Source: the human T2T-CHM13v2.0 reference genome, Homo sapiens. From it: a stretch of DNA of 64,000 nt. The notes under the pieces are model-generated. The model saw nothing but the letters and a program-made list of their open reading frames with translations, did not search any database and was not told where the DNA came from. Of this stretch, positions 1 through 16,642 are shown piece by piece (within the stretch, counting starts at the first letter, position 1; every line of letters starts with the position of its first letter). The stretch lies in assembly GCF_009914755.1 (NCBI RefSeq), contig NC_060946.1; one strand, 5' to 3'. Position numbers and translations under genes: made by a program.

Positions 1-404
1 ATGCAGACCTAGCTCCTCCAGGAGGTCAGCTAAGGATGGGCTTGGAGCCTCAGGAAAGTCAGGTCATGAAAGGGATGAAAAAGGTTGCACTTCAACAACC
101 AGAATCAGGAAATCTAGAAAACAGTTCCTTTAACATCAACATGCACACATATTTTGGGTTTTATGGTTTTGCATTGTTTTAATTTCAGTTTACATAGGGG
201 ATTGCAGAGGGGGCTCCCTCATCTTTTCTAAGCTTAAGGCTTCTGAAGATCTTTACCTGTTCCTGTCCACAGATAGCAGGGCTGGGAGAAAGGGATGGGG
301 AGAGTCCCTCCTGCCACTGACCCAGGATGGATAAAAGTACCCCTTTCATAGAAGGAAGAAAATGGGAACAAAGGTGCTGCTGATCATCTGAGGTTGCCTG
401 CATG

Positions 405-600
405 GCAGTGAAGAACATGGACCTTTGGGTGAGGCTACCTGGATTTAATTGTTGGTTCTGCCATTTACCAGCTATATGAGCTTGGGTGTGTCATTCTTTA
501 CCACTGAGCCTCACTTTTTACATTCATAAAATGGGAATAATTATACCAGCTTGCTGGGTCATGGTGAGGACAACTAAGGCGAGTGCCCATAGTGAAGCCT
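405..600 (+). mobile_element. MIR SINE relic
   Basis: MIR core-like 'ctgagcctcactttttacattcataaaatgggaataat'. Confidence 0.7.
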
Positions 601-819
601 ATATAAAGATGGCTGATTGTTCGGTCATTCCTTATTTATTGAATGTCTGCTATGTGCCAAGTTCCATGAGAGGCACTGGAGATGCAGAGATGACCAGGAC
701 AGACTAGATCCTTGCTCTCAAGATTATGTATTTGTAAATAAACATATAATGAGTCAGATTGCAGCAAGGGATATGGAGAAAAAAGTCAGGGTAACTGTGG
801 AAAGTAACGGTGGATCAGA

Positions 820-1240
820 TTTTATTTTATTTGGACATAATTGACAAATAGATTGACCAATACCCAAATATAATTGGGTAATGTTTAAGGGGTACAACTT
901 GATGCTGTAATATACATATATGTTGTGAAATGATCCTTATAGTCAAGCTATTTGACACGTTCATCGCCTCACATAATTGTCTTTTTTTGTGGTGAAACCT
1001 ACCCTCTTAGCAAATTTCAAATATATATTATTAACTGTAATCATTATGCCATACATTAGATCTCCAGAACTCATCCATCTTGCTTAATTGAAACTTTGTA
1101 CCCTTTGACCAACATCTCATTTCCCTGTCCCTCCAACCTCTGGCAACCAGTATTTTAGTCTATGTCTCTATGCTTTGACTCTTTTAGATTCCAAATATAG
1201 GTGAGGTCATACAGTATTTATCTTTCTGTGTCAGACAAAT
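820..1240 (-). mobile_element. L1MA-type LINE-1 3' end
   Basis: Antisense L1M 3' UTR motifs 'tacattagatctccagaactcatccatctt...gaaactttgtaccctttgaccaacatctc'. Confidence 0.75.
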
Positions 1241-1309
1241 TCTGTTTTAGAAAGCGAATTCAGAAAAGGCTTCTCTAAGGAGGTGACATTTGAACAGGGA
1301 CCCATGCAC

Positions 1310-2220
<911 letters not shown>

Positions 2221-2469
2221 GGCCTATGTGAGGTAGATGGAGTGAGCAGAGTGGAGACCTGACCTGCCAGGTAGAGGGAGACAGCAGGAGCAAAGGCCCT
2301 GAGGTGGGATCCTGCTTGATGTGTTCAAAGATCAGCAAGGAGCTGAATGAGAGAGGGGAGGATAACTCATGTAGGGCCTTGTAGGTAAGAGCTTGTCTTT
2401 TGGATTTTATTCTTGGGCGTGCTGAGGAGCTACTGGGTGGTTTCCCAGTCCATCTATTTATTTATGTTC

Positions 2470-3670
<1,201 letters not shown>

Positions 3671-4598
3671 GATTTATTTTTATTGAGCTATTATCACCGC
3701 TGTGGTTGTTTCCTCAGTAGGGCTCTGTCTGAATCCCCAGGCATCATGAATGTCCTCTGCTTAGAAGGAAAGGGACTATAAATGCCCCTTCTCTTGAGTA
3801 ACCCACTCACCGACTTGTCTGCATCAACTTCCCTCCAGAGAGCAGAGCTAATAATCCCCTTTCTCACTGGCCTCAGCCCTCCTTGAAAATTACTCTGAAG
3901 GCTCCCTGGAGTCCTCTTACCTAAATGCCTCCCCCGGGGCTGCTTAGATGGCTTTGTGGGGGGCTCTCCAGCTGGGAGAAGGAGATTCTCTGGGGAAGAG
4001 CACAGGCTTCCAGCTCCCTAGACCTGTCTCACCTTCCACCCCTGGTGGGTTAGAGACTCTGGGGACTCTAGGATGAGCCCAGGGTTCTGCCTGCATCAGG
4101 CCTGTTTAGCCTCTGGCTTGTTGCTGAGGCTTAGGGACAAATTAGGAACTTAATCCAGCCAGGAAAACTTGTAAGCACTGTGCAAGGAGTCAGAGAGAGC
4201 CCTGTGGCTTCTGGTCTGTGGTCCGCCACCATGAGACTGGGGTCCCTGGACCTCATCTCTGAAATGGGCTTGCACCTGTGTTGGAAGGAGCCCGTTTGAA
4301 CCTTTCAGATTCAGGATTTTGTGATGGGCTTAAAAAATATTTTATTTAGAATATCTCCTCCTCTAAGAAGCTCATATCCCTCTAATTGCATTAGGTGACT
4401 GCGCAGCTACCTGAACTTATTCTGTCTCAGGTGTATCTTTTTGGTTGTGATTACTTCTTTATACATCTCTTACTCTTATTTGATTGCCAGAGGGTGAAGC
4501 TGATCATTTCAGTTTTTCTTAGAATTCTTTGAGGATTTCCCATTGCCTTAGGGTGAAGACCAGATCCTTACCTGGATGGGTTTTCATTGTCTCTCTCC

Positions 4599-4893
4599 TT
4601 TTTCTTTTTTCTTAGATGGAGTTTTGTTCTTGTTGCCCAGGCTGGAGTGCAATGGCATGAACTCAGCTCACTGCAACCGCTATCTTCTGGGTTCAAACAG
4701 TTCTCCTGCCTTGGCCTCCTGAGTAGCTAGGATTACAGCCGCCCACCATGCCCGACTAATTTTTTTGTATTTTTAGTAGAGTTGGGGTTTCACCATGTTG
4801 GCCAGGCTGGTCTCGAATTCCTGACCTCAGTTGATCCACCCGCCTCGACCTCCCAAAGTGCTGGGATTACAGGCATGAGCCACCGCACCTGGC
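4599..4893 (-). mobile_element. AluS (Sq/Sp-like) SINE
   Basis: Alu with 'ttcttgttgcccaggctggagtgcaatggc'. Confidence 0.9.
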
Positions 4894-4959
4894 AATTGTC
4901 TCCTTTTTCACTGTCACTTTGCATGGCACTACCCGTTGATCTCTCTAGTCCAGCCAAAA

Positions 4960-5445
4960 GGGTTGCCTTTGGGTCCTTGGTGCGTCCTACCACAGGGCCT
5001 TTGCACATGCTGTTCTCATTACTTGGATGCCTTTTCTTTCCCTCCTCATCTTCTTTACTTCTTCTTTAGATTTTAGTGCAAGCTTCACTTCTTTAGGGAA
5101 GCCTTCCTGGATTCCCCAGATTAATTCAAATTCACGTTATCAGCTCTGTGGACCTCCCCTCAGAAGATACTATGTTACCTTCATTTTAGGATAAATAATT
5201 GTTTCACCTTATTTACAAAAGAATCTGAGAGCAGGGACTCTGAAAGCAGGGACTCTGAGAGCAGGGATCATGCCTGTTTGTCCTCCATTGTAGCCCCAGT
5301 GCCTCGCCCAGTTCCTGGAGGAGAGTAGGTGTTAAATAAACCTGTGTTGAATGGCAAACAAATCTCTGTGCTATCGGAGTCTAGGTCAGGGCCTGGCATG
5401 TAGCAGGCACAAAACACCTGGTTCCATTTTTGTTGAATACATGAA
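4960..5445 (+). mobile_element. L2 3' end relic(s)
   Basis: 'cagggcctttgcacatgctgttc', tails 'gtaggtgttaaataaacctgtgttgaatg' and 'cctggcatgtagcaggcac...gttgaatacatgaatg'. Confidence 0.7.
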
Positions 5446-6306
5446 TGGTTTCTCTGAAATGTGGTGGATCCAACCTCTGCTTCTGTGTGGCCTCAACTGC
5501 ATGTGCACTGGGACAGACAGATCTGTGTTGGAATGCGGGCTCCTTTATCTTCCAGCTGTTACCTTGGGTGCATCTTTTCCTTCTTGGAGCCCTTTTCTTG
5601 GTCTGTTCACAGGGGATCTTCATTAGGAGGTGCTGAAGGGATTTCACGGCTAATGGTTTTGTAGGCCCTCTGTTAACTGAAGCCCTTTGCAAATGCCCTT
5701 GAAGAAATGCTGTTTCTCCCAACATCTTCCACGGAGATTGGTGCTCAGACCAAGGTGGGTGCAGAGCTGATGTCTCCTCCTCTACCAGTGGTGCTTGAAA
5801 AATGGTGGCATGAGGCTGAATTTCCCCATGCTCTGAATGACTGGGGAGAGTGGCCACAAATCTGAACAGCCCAGATGTAATTTCTGACTCTGGGCACCTG
5901 TGTCTTGCAGAAGGAAGGAAGGTGGACAGATTTAGCTGCAGGATGCACAGTGCGCTGCTTGGGTCCTGTCTCCCTGCTTTATGGGTGCAAAAGGTGAGGC
6001 ATGGTCATACTACATGCAGCCCCTGCTCTCCCCAACTGTGGGTTGGAGAGCATCTGCCTCCTTGCAACTAATTTGTTTTCTCATATGGTTTCTTCTAGCT
6101 TAATTGTAAAATAATGCAAGTTTGTTGTAAAAACAAACCAAAACCAAACAGTCAAACAACATAGCAGTGTATAAAATAGAAGGTGTTGATACTTCCTGGC
6201 CCACTCAAATCCCATATTCTAGGGTAACCAGTGTAGAGTGTGCCAGTGAACACCACCAGCTCCCTGTCTCTATAATCCACATCAAATATGTCAGCAATTT
6301 CCTGAT

Positions 6307-6628
6307 TGATACGGTTTGGCTCTGCGTCTCTACCCAAATCTCATCTTGAATTGAAAATCCCCGTGTATGAAGGGAGGGAGATGATTGGATCATAGGGGCG
6401 GTTTTCCCTATGCTATTCTCATGATAGTGAGTGAGTTCTCACAAGATCTAATGATTTTATAAGGGGGTCTTCCCCCTTCACTTTGAAGGTGACTGCTTCC
6501 CATTCTGCAATGATAGTAAATTTCCTGAGGCCTCCTCAGCCATGTGGAACTGTGAGTCAATTAAACTTCTTTATAAATTACCCAGTCTCATGTATTCCCT
6601 TATAGCAGTGTGAAAGTGGGCTAATACA
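6307..6628 (+). mobile_element. THE1-type MaLR solo LTR
   Basis: Termini 'tgatacggtttggctctg' and 'ctaataca'; 5-bp TSD ctgat/ctgac. Confidence 0.9.
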
Positions 6629-6704
6629 CTGACAGTAGAGAGATAGATGGCAATAACTATTAGTTACAAATTGTGTACTATGGGACAGGCATTATGCTTT
6701 AAGT

Positions 6705-7217
6705 CAGGGGTCCTTAACCTGCAGGCCATGGACCATGGCCTGTTAAGAACTGGGCCACACAGCAGGAAGTAAGCTGTGGGCAAGCCAGTGGAGATTCATC
6801 TTTATTTGCCGCCACCCCCCCATTACTTTCATTACTGCCTGAGCTCTGCCTCCTGTCAGATCAATGGTGGCATTAGATTCTTATAGGAGAGAAAACCCTA
6901 TGTGAACTGTGCATGTGAGAATTCTGGGTTGCACGCTCCTCATGAAAATCTAATGCCTGATGATCTGCCACTATCTCCCATCACCCCCAGATGGGACTCT
7001 CTAGTTGCAGGAAAACAAGCTCAGGGCTTCCACTGATTCTACATTATAATAAGTTGGATAATTATTTCATTATATATCACAATGTAATATAGTGGAAATA
7101 AAGTACACAATAAATGAAGTACATTTGAATCATCCTGAAACCATCCCCACCCTCACTGTCCATGGAAAATTCTTCCACAAACTTGGTCTCAGGTGCCAAA
7201 AAGGTTAGGAACTGCTG
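6705..7217 (+). mobile_element. MER1A hAT-Charlie DNA transposon inserted in a MIR
   Basis: Termini 'caggggtccttaacc' and 'ggttaggaactgctg'; 8-bp TSD ctttaagt/ctctaagt. Confidence 0.85.
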
Positions 7218-7225
7218 CTCTAAGT

Positions 7226-7370
7226 TGTTAGAAGAATCAAATGAGTTAATTCAAGGCTGGTAGAATAGTTGTACCCATTTTACAAATGAGAAAACTGAGG
7301 CCCCCAAATTTTTAGTAGCTAGTCTAAGATCACACAGCTAATAAGTAAGAGAGTCAGGATTTGAATCTTC
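7226..7370 (-). mobile_element. MIR relic (host of MER1A)
   Basis: 'cccattttacaaatgagaaaactgaggc...aagatcacacagctaataagt'. Confidence 0.75.
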
Positions 7371-7595
7371 TACATGTTGTTTATATAATACAATATATAT
7401 GCATGTGTACACACAAGTACATAGAGGCTTTACTGCAAAAATTGGGTTATATCATATTTTTGGTTCTGAAATTTTACTTAATAATACATTGTATTATTTA
7501 ATAATACATAGTTTCATAATAATATGTTGTTTCACAATAATACATTGTTTCTTATCAGGTCAGTGTAAATAAATATACATTTAGCATTTAGTTGG

Positions 7596-7885
7596 TTTTT
7601 TTTTTTTTTTTTTTTTTTTTAATTTGAGCTAGGATCTTGCTCTGTCACCCACGCTGGAGTGCAGTAGTGCGATCACGACTCACTACAGCCTCAAACTCCT
7701 GGGCACATGTGATCCTCCCACCTCCTGAGTAGCTAGGGCTACAGGCTATTTTTTTCTATTTTTTTGTAGAGATGAGGCCTTGTTATGTTGGCCAGGCTTG
7801 TCTTGAACAACTGGGCTCAAGTGATGCCCCCACCTCGGCCTCCCAAAATGCTGGGATTACAGGTGTGAGCCACCACACCTGGCCC
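7596..7885 (-). mobile_element. AluJ SINE
   Basis: AluJ-type 'cactacagcctcaaactcctgggc'; long poly-T. Confidence 0.9.
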
Positions 7886-9014
7886 ACATTTAATTTTTCA
7901 AATATTTTAATATCTGAAGAGGATTCTAGAGTATGGATGGGCTGAAATTTATACCAATCCTTCCCAAAGGAAAAACATATTTATTTCTAATTTTTTGCTA
8001 AAAAACTTAGTTATGGTGACCATTATTTCACAGATGTTTTTAAAACATTAAAAACATTTTTATGCACGTGGTAACCATTCAAGTAGTTTTTCAGGGTGAA
8101 TAATCCCTGTCTGTCTCCAGGTACCCTCAAAAGGGGAAGTCATTGTTAGCAGTTTTTTCTGAATTCTTCCAGGAGGAGTGTGTGCTTTCAATTGTGTGTG
8201 TGTGTGTAAATGTATATATATGTATGTATATAAACACTCACATACACACATATACACACACATTTTGTGGTAGACAAGTGATACTGTACACACTGTTCTG
8301 CAAACTTGCTTTTTCTGTTTAACTATATATGGAAAATTGTTATGCATCTGTCCATATAGATTTCCTGCATTCATATTTATGTAACTTTGAAGGGGTAATA
8401 TACTCATTGTTCAAATACATATAATAAAATATATAAAGGTGTAATATACCTGAATATATTTGAAGGAATAGAGTGAAACGTTTCCTGCTTCCACTCCACC
8501 CCGCATAACTATGATTATTTTCGTATGATTATATTAGCTTTTTAATATCCTTCCAGAAATTTTTACATATATACATATATACAAGAAAATATATCTATAA
8601 TCTTATTTTAAACTCAAGAATAATATAATCCATATATATTTCTACATTTTGCTTTTTTTCACTGAAACGTGTAGATATTTTCATTTCAGTACATAAACAG
8701 CTTCCCCATTCTTTCTTTTTTCCCTTCTTTTTAAACAACTGCATATAGTACAGCATTCCATTCTATAGATAAATTAAACTATGTCTCATTCTTTTAGAAA
8801 TTATTATTTTAATTAATTAAATAAGCAATGCATGCAAGGTACAAAACTAGGAAGGTACAGGGGAATAGTCAGTGAAAAATCAAGTTCTCCCACTCCTGCC
8901 TCCAGGTCTTTCAGTTCTTCTATTTGGAGGCAACCACGGTTCCCAGTGTCATGTTATCCTTCTTGAGATGGTCCACACATTGTGACCAAGTATATGTGAG
9001 GTGCATATGAGCAT

Positions 9015-9016
<2 letters not shown>

Positions 9017-9062
<46 letters not shown>
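9017..9062. repeat. (AC)23 microsatellite
   Basis: Uninterrupted AC run of 46 bp. Confidence 0.95.
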
Positions 9063-9071
<9 letters not shown>

Positions 9072-10014
9072 TTCTTCATGGCTGTGTGGAATTCCACTGC
9101 CTGCATGGACCGTCGTTTCTGTAATCAGTCCTGTATGATGGGATATTGCATTATTTTCAGTCTTTTGCCACCTCAAGCCTTGAGGCTGTGATTAGCCTGC
9201 ACAAACCCCTCTGTGCTCAGGTGTGGATGCATCTAGACACATCATCACTGAGTTCAAGAGCATGTGCACTGACAATTTGAGGCACATTGCTAAGTTTCCT
9301 TCCAAGGAGGTTGCCACATGCAGCTCTATAGGGGTTCCACAATACCCAGGTCTGGGCTGGCTAAGAAGAGCTGGGGAGCCAAGGGAAAGTCAGCCAAGTT
9401 TTTGGTCAGTCTTCCCCTTTGTGTCTGTCCTTCCAAGTTTTCATGACCAGCTTTCTCTAGGCAGTGTGCTTGTTCTTGAAACCCCATCAAATTGAGGCTG
9501 TGTTAACAGGCTTTATTATCATTTAGTCCATCATGCCCCAAAGGCTCTACTCTGGGACACACTTCTGTAGATAAATATGGAGGGTAAAAATTGCCTCCCT
9601 AATCCAGTGTGCCTGAGCAATGCTGAGTTAAGTGATATTAAAACAGGTGTTTTGTTGCAGGACTTATCAGAGCCTTTAACATGCTAATGAACATTGGGAT
9701 ATCTAAGAGGTGTTAGAGTGTGTGGAGTTCATCACATTGCTTTGACCACACAAGGTCAGAAAGGCTGATATGGTTTCACTGCTGCATTGTATTGAAAGGG
9801 AGGCTAAAGCCCAGAGAGGAAAGGTGAGTTTTCCAAGGACACACAGCAGGGGTGGTGACCTGAATTTCCAGTCCCACTGTGGTAGTGACACCAATAAAGT
9901 GCTCCATGCTCCTCTGTGCTAGCAATTCTTAAATGTGGAGCATTATGTATCTTGGTGCCCTAAAGGGATGCCAAGACATATGCAACACACCATCCTGGAT
10001 TAGATCCACTTTAA

Positions 10015-10215
10015 TGAAAAAACTGGTAAAGTCTAAATACAATCTGTAGTATTGTTAATTGCAGTGTACCAACGTCACCTTCTTAGTTTTGATAAATGCG
10101 CTGTGGTTATGTAAAATAGTAGCATTGGGGGATGCTGGGTGAAGGATGTCCAAGAACTCTTTGTATCATCTCTGCTACTCTTCTGTAAATCTAACATGAT
10201 TTCAAAATAAAACCT
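10015..10215 (+). mobile_element. Old L1M (L1MC/ME-type) 3' end
   Basis: 'gggtgaaggatgtccaagaactctttgtatcatctctgctactcttctgtaaatctaa...tttcaaaataaaa'. Confidence 0.65.
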
Positions 10216-10439
10216 GCATATATTATTCATGCCAAACCAAACACTGAATCATGTACTAGATTCAGCCATAGATAAACAGAAGCAGACTTAGAATATTTTA
10301 GACTACCATCTGCAAATACCTTTGGAAAAATACACAAACATGCTGATAATCTCATTTGCTTGTGGGGAGGGCAACTGGGTGGCTGGTGTGTCAAAGGAGA
10401 AAGCCTTTTCAGTGTATCCTTCAATTATTTTTGGATTTC

Positions 10440-10808
<369 letters not shown>

Positions 10809-11531
10809 TTAATGAAAAAATTTTGAGTTTGACCTTTTTTTTTTTTGGAAAATAGAGTGAACATGGTAGAAAAAATAATTGTTGCTGTTATTGTTTATTG
10901 GAGTTTCTCTGATGTGCCATAATAAGAGTTCATATCATGTGCTATGGTAAGCACAGAACAGAGATTATCTCATTGAATGTCCTCAACAATTCACGGACCC
11001 CATTTTTCAGAAGAAGCACCATTTGCCCAACATGTCACTTAGAAAGTGAGAGAGCTGAAATCTGAGGCTTGTTCTGCCTGGTTCTGTAACCTAAGTTTTT
11101 AATTGCTGTTTCTACTGTTAGGGTACAATTATACACACAGGAGGCTATAGGAGCAGACACAACAGGGCCTGTAGTGGATGCTGTTGGGGCCCCGCCCATA
11201 TTACCCTGGTACGTGCCAGTTTCGTGCATGCCAGCTTGACTCCCACATTTCTGCATTTTTTTTCCTAAAGGAGCTCTCTTTGCCCACTGGGCTTGCTCTG
11301 CAGGTACTCAGGGCCAGCTGGAGGTGCTGGGGAATTACACCTCCACTTCCAGCAGCCTTCATCCAATGACTAATAGGAGTTGGTATATAAATACCCCAGC
11401 TACCTCCCCTCGTGTAGTAACTCTGAGGTGTAGTTCTACACCATAAAGGTAGAGAAGACTGCCCAGAGTAATAGAATCTTATTTATTTTTACGTTAAAAA
11501 TGAGGTATCCTTTATATTCAGTGAAATTCTT

Positions 11532-12687
11532 TTTTTCTTTTTTTTAACGTTTATTTTAACTTGAAGGGTACATGTGCAGGTTTGTTATATAGTTAACTCA
11601 TGTCATGGGGGTTTGCTTACAGATTATTTCATCTGCCAGGTAGTAAGCCTAGTATCCATTAGTTATTTTTCCTGGCCCTCTCCCTTTTCTCACCCTCTGA
11701 TAGGCCCTAGTGTGTGTTGTTCCCTTCTATATGTCCATGTGTTCTCATCATGTAGTTCCCACCTAGAAGTGAGAACATGCGGTATTTTGTTTTCTGTTCC
11801 TGGATTAGTTTGCTAAGGATAGTGGCCTCCAGCTCCATCCATGTTCCTGCAGAGGATAGTATTCCATGGAGTATATGTACCATATTTTCTTTATCCAGTC
11901 TATTATTGTTGGGCATTTAGGTTGATTCCATGTCTTGGCTACTGTGAATAGTGCTGCAGTGAACATATGTGTGCATGTGACTTTATGATAGAAAAATTTA
12001 TATTCCTTTGGGTATCTACCCAGTAATAGGATTGCTAGGTTGAATGGTAGTTCTGTTTTTAGGTCTTTGAGGAATCGCCACACTGTTTTCCACAATGGTT
12101 GAACTAATTTACACTCCCACCAGCAGTGTATAAGCATTCCTTTTTCTCGGCAGCCTCGCTAGCACCTGTTATTTTTTGACTGTTTAATAATAGCTATTCT
12201 GACGGGTGTGAGATGGTATCTCACTGTGGTTTTGATTTACATTTCTCTAGTGATCAGTGATGTTAAGCTATTTTTTTCATTTGCTTATTGGCCACATGTA
12301 TGTCCTCTTTTGAAAAGTGTCTGTTATGTCCTTTGCCCACTTTTTAATGGGGTTGTTTATTTCATGTAAATTAGGTTAAGTTCCTTATAGATGCTGAATA
12401 TTAGACCTTTGTCAGATGCATAGTTTGCAAAATTTTTCTCCCATCCTGTTGGCTGTCTGTTTACTCTGTTGATAGTTTCTTTTGCTTTGCAGAAGCTCTT
12501 TAGCTTAATTAGATCCCATTTGTCAAATTTTGCTTTTGTTTCAATTGCTTTTGGCATTTTTGTCATAAAAACTTTTACCATTCCTATGTCCTGAATGGTA
12601 TTGCCTAGGTTGTCTTCCAGGGTTTTTATAGTTTTGGGTTTTACATTTAAGTCTTTAATCCATCTTGAGTTAATTGTTACATTATCT
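11532..12687 (-). mobile_element. 5'-truncated primate L1PA LINE-1 (ORF2 C-terminal remnant plus 3' UTR)
   Basis: - strand ORFs read '[31 protein letters not shown]...[11 protein letters not shown]' and 'HCWWECKLVQPLWKTVWRFLKDL' (L1 ORF2p); TSD tttatattcagtgaaattctt at 11511-11531 and 12688-12708. Confidence 0.95.
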
Positions 12688-12999
12688 TTTATATTCAGTG
12701 AAATTCTTAATGTTAAGTACACAGTTATATCAGTTTGATAAAGGCATACACTTGTGCAACCCATATCTCTATTAAGAAACAAGGCATCACCACCACCACA
12801 GAAAACTTCATTGTGCCAGGTAATTCCTTCATTCCTAAAAGCAACCACTGATCTGATTTCTATTACCGTGAGTTAGTTTTTATTTTTCAAGAACTTTTTG
12901 TAAATGAAATCATACACAGCATGTAGCCTTTCTATTTGTTTTTTTTATCTAGCATAATGCTTCTGAGATTTCTTCATGCTGTAACATATGTTAATTGCT

Positions 13000-13611
<612 letters not shown>

Positions 13612-14719
13612 ACTCATTTCTTTTTTTATTGCTGAATGCTATGAATATACCTCAGTTTATCTGTTCTCCTGCAAATCTGACGTATTTGTAGGTTTTGCCT
13701 ATAATGAGTAAAACAGCTATGAACATTTTTGCACAAGATTTTTTGAGGATATATTTTCATTTCTTTTAGGTAAATTTCTGAGAGCAAGATTAATGGGTCA
13801 TATGACAAATTTGTTTAACTTTTTAATAAACTGCTAAAAATTTTCCAAAATGGTTGTACCATTTTGTACTTCCACTCACTATAGATGAGCATTCCAGTTC
13901 CTCCTCATCCCTGCCAACGTTCGGTGGTGTCAGTTCCTTCCACTTTAGCCATTCAGCTGTGTGTATAATGGTGAGTGGGAGTTTGATGGATGGGGAAATA
14001 AGATGCCTGGAGTGTCAGACAAATCCATTGAGTGTAATACCCAAACAACATTACAGTTACTAAATATGGGTAATTTATTTGACAGTTTCAAGGAACCACA
14101 AATCCCCCCTGTGGAGGGCCAACTCTAAACTCATTTCCCACTCCATGCTGGCAGTAGACAACATGTCCCTCATGCTCATGCTCTCAGGGGTAAGCAGGTT
14201 CTTTTTTGTTTTGTATTATTTTGGCTTTAAACATTTTTTCTTTCTGCTTCTATTGGACCAGGGGAGTCAGATTATTTACAAAGTGCAGGTAATTTTATGA
14301 GAAGTCAAACTCCTTCTGTGCTGAGCCATGACGTGCATGCAGAATGAAAAGTCAGCTCCAACAGTGACCAATCCTGCATTCTGATCTTTCTGCGTGACTG
14401 AGCCTGCTTTGTGAAAGCTCATTCTCTGGCTTGAAGCCATCTATTGACTCTTGTCACCAGAAGAATAAAATGCATGCTCCACAAAGCCTTGAGTGCCGAC
14501 CATCATGGACCTCTCCACCTCATCTCCACATGCTTCCTCTCTATGTTCCACTTCTGCTGACTTTGTTAGGTGTCTCAAATGCTCAAGAGCTAACTCCTGT
14601 CTCAGGCCTTTGCTGTTTTTCGTTTTTTGTTTCTGGGACAGGGTGTGATTCTGTCACCCAGGCTGGAGTGCACTTGCTGTTTCTTGTGTCTGTAATGTTC
14701 TTTTTCCTGCTCTCTCTCT

Positions 14720-15038
14720 TTTTAATTTTATTTTTGCTATTTACTTATTTATTAGAGACAGGGTCTCACTCTGTCACGTAGGTTGGAATGCAGTGGCGAG
14801 ATCACAGTTCACTGCAGCCTCAACCTCCTGGGTTCAAATGATCCTCCCACCTTAGCCTCCTGAGTAGCTGGGACCACAGGAATGTGCCACCTGGCTAATT
14901 TACATTTTTTTTTTTTTTGGTAGAGACAGGGTCTTGTCATGTTGTCCAGGCTGGTCTTGAACTCCTGGGCTCAAGCCATCCTTCCACCTCGGTCTTCCAA
15001 ATGATGGGATTACAGACATGAGTCACTGTGCCCAACCT
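14720..15038 (-). mobile_element. AluJ SINE (plus a short Alu fragment at ~14625-14670)
   Basis: AluJ consensus similarity. Confidence 0.85.
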
Positions 15039-15934
15039 CTTCCTACTCTTTATGGATGAATTTCTTAACCTTGGGTCTCAGCTTTTCAGCATTTTTCCAT
15101 CTCATCAGAGATGATCTTTCCTAACCACCAAATTAAAATGATTTATTTAAAGAGCTAGATGTCCAGTCTTTTTATTAAAAATGTGGAATCTATTAGAGTC
15201 ATAGGCCTTTCCCCCCAATCAGTCTTGAGGAAGAAGAAGAAAGTGTCAGTGACTCCTCTTCTGATTTGACTCTACCGTTCCACACCTATTTCTGTATGGA
15301 TAACACAGAGATGCTCACTGCAATGATTACCAGGCAGCCCATTGTCAGGTAAGGCAATCAGTCAGAATGCCATGACTCTCTTTGAACGTTAGTTTCACAG
15401 GACATGAAAATAACGTCTTAAGAATTTCTCAGGACCCCTTTGCTCACAGTGTACTTTCAGTTCCAGTTGCTTAACAATTATAGATATTCACACGCATCTC
15501 CATATGGCACTGAAAAATGAGACTGCATGTTCCTAAGAATGTTCTCAATTTCACATCTTATCAAATCGAATTCTTTGAAGCTCATTTTGTGAAGCAGGAA
15601 GATATCTGCCCCATGGTGACTACAGGAGAGAGGAACTCTCCTCTTCATCGCCTTTTGAGCCTTCCTCTGTTAATTGTGAAGCCTTTTGCATTGTTAAGGC
15701 CAGGCCCTGGAATGTCATTGTTTGATATTATCACAAAAAAGTTGGTTCCTGGAGCTCAATTTTGCTGGCAGAAATGGAGACAGGGATGAACAAAAGCATT
15801 TTTAAATGTAATAAAAAGTGAACTAAGGATCACAGGATATGAATCCTGCAAAGAACTTGTACTCTGTAATCAGTTTATTTATTTTTTTGGTTGCTTACAG
15901 CCTTCTTTGTTTTTCCCATTACATAGGGGAAATC

Positions 15935-16080
15935 CATGGGGTCAGGACTATGTATGTCCCTTTTAGGGCTTCTATGCCCAGCACTCAGCATCAAACTTGG
16001 CACATAATAGGTGCTTAGCAAGCATTTGTTGAATGAATGAATGGATAGCTGGATGGATGTGTGGATGAATGGGTGGGTGG
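15935..16080 (+). mobile_element. L2 3' tail
   Basis: 'ttggcacataataggtgcttagcaagcatttgttgaatgaatgaatgg'. Confidence 0.75.
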
Positions 16081-16642
16081 CTCATTGGTATGCTTCTTAG
16101 ATGAGGAGTCCATAAAAATTCTTCCCTTAGTCAGAATATTCCTTGTGTCTTCTGTGGGTGGGGAGGGGTCTGTGGTTCTTAGCAAGTTCCAATTTTTTGC
16201 CAAAGAAGGCACATTCACACACATGTAACTTCTCAGCTTCTCCAATTTTCCCGTCTCTAGCTCCCACATGACCAAGTCTACCTAGTACAGAGAAAAACAT
16301 CCCCTAGCACCATGTTGGCTGATGGTGACACCTCAGGGCTCCAGTTTCTACATTCTGTGTCCCAGGATGTTGCAATCACAGCTATGCAGAATCACTTGAA
16401 AAGAATCAAGTGACCTCCCCTTTTCATAGCCGGAAGCCTGGAGTTCAAATTTACCCTAGTTTTGCTCCATTTCAAGGTGACCAAGACCCCACTGGGATGC
16501 AGACACCATCCACGTCCCTGTCCTGTCCTGGGTGGGCCCTTTAAAAAACTCTTGGAGGAATCTGACTGCCAGAGTCCAGGCCCATTTAAGGGACAACCAC
16601 AGACAAAGTGGTTTTAAACAGTATTTATTAGGGGATCCTAGG

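Noticed and set aside
11805-12848. ORFs with real protein similarity (L1 ORF2p C-terminus)
   Set aside because: Fragments of a 5'-truncated, disrupted L1; annotated as a mobile element rather than a gene
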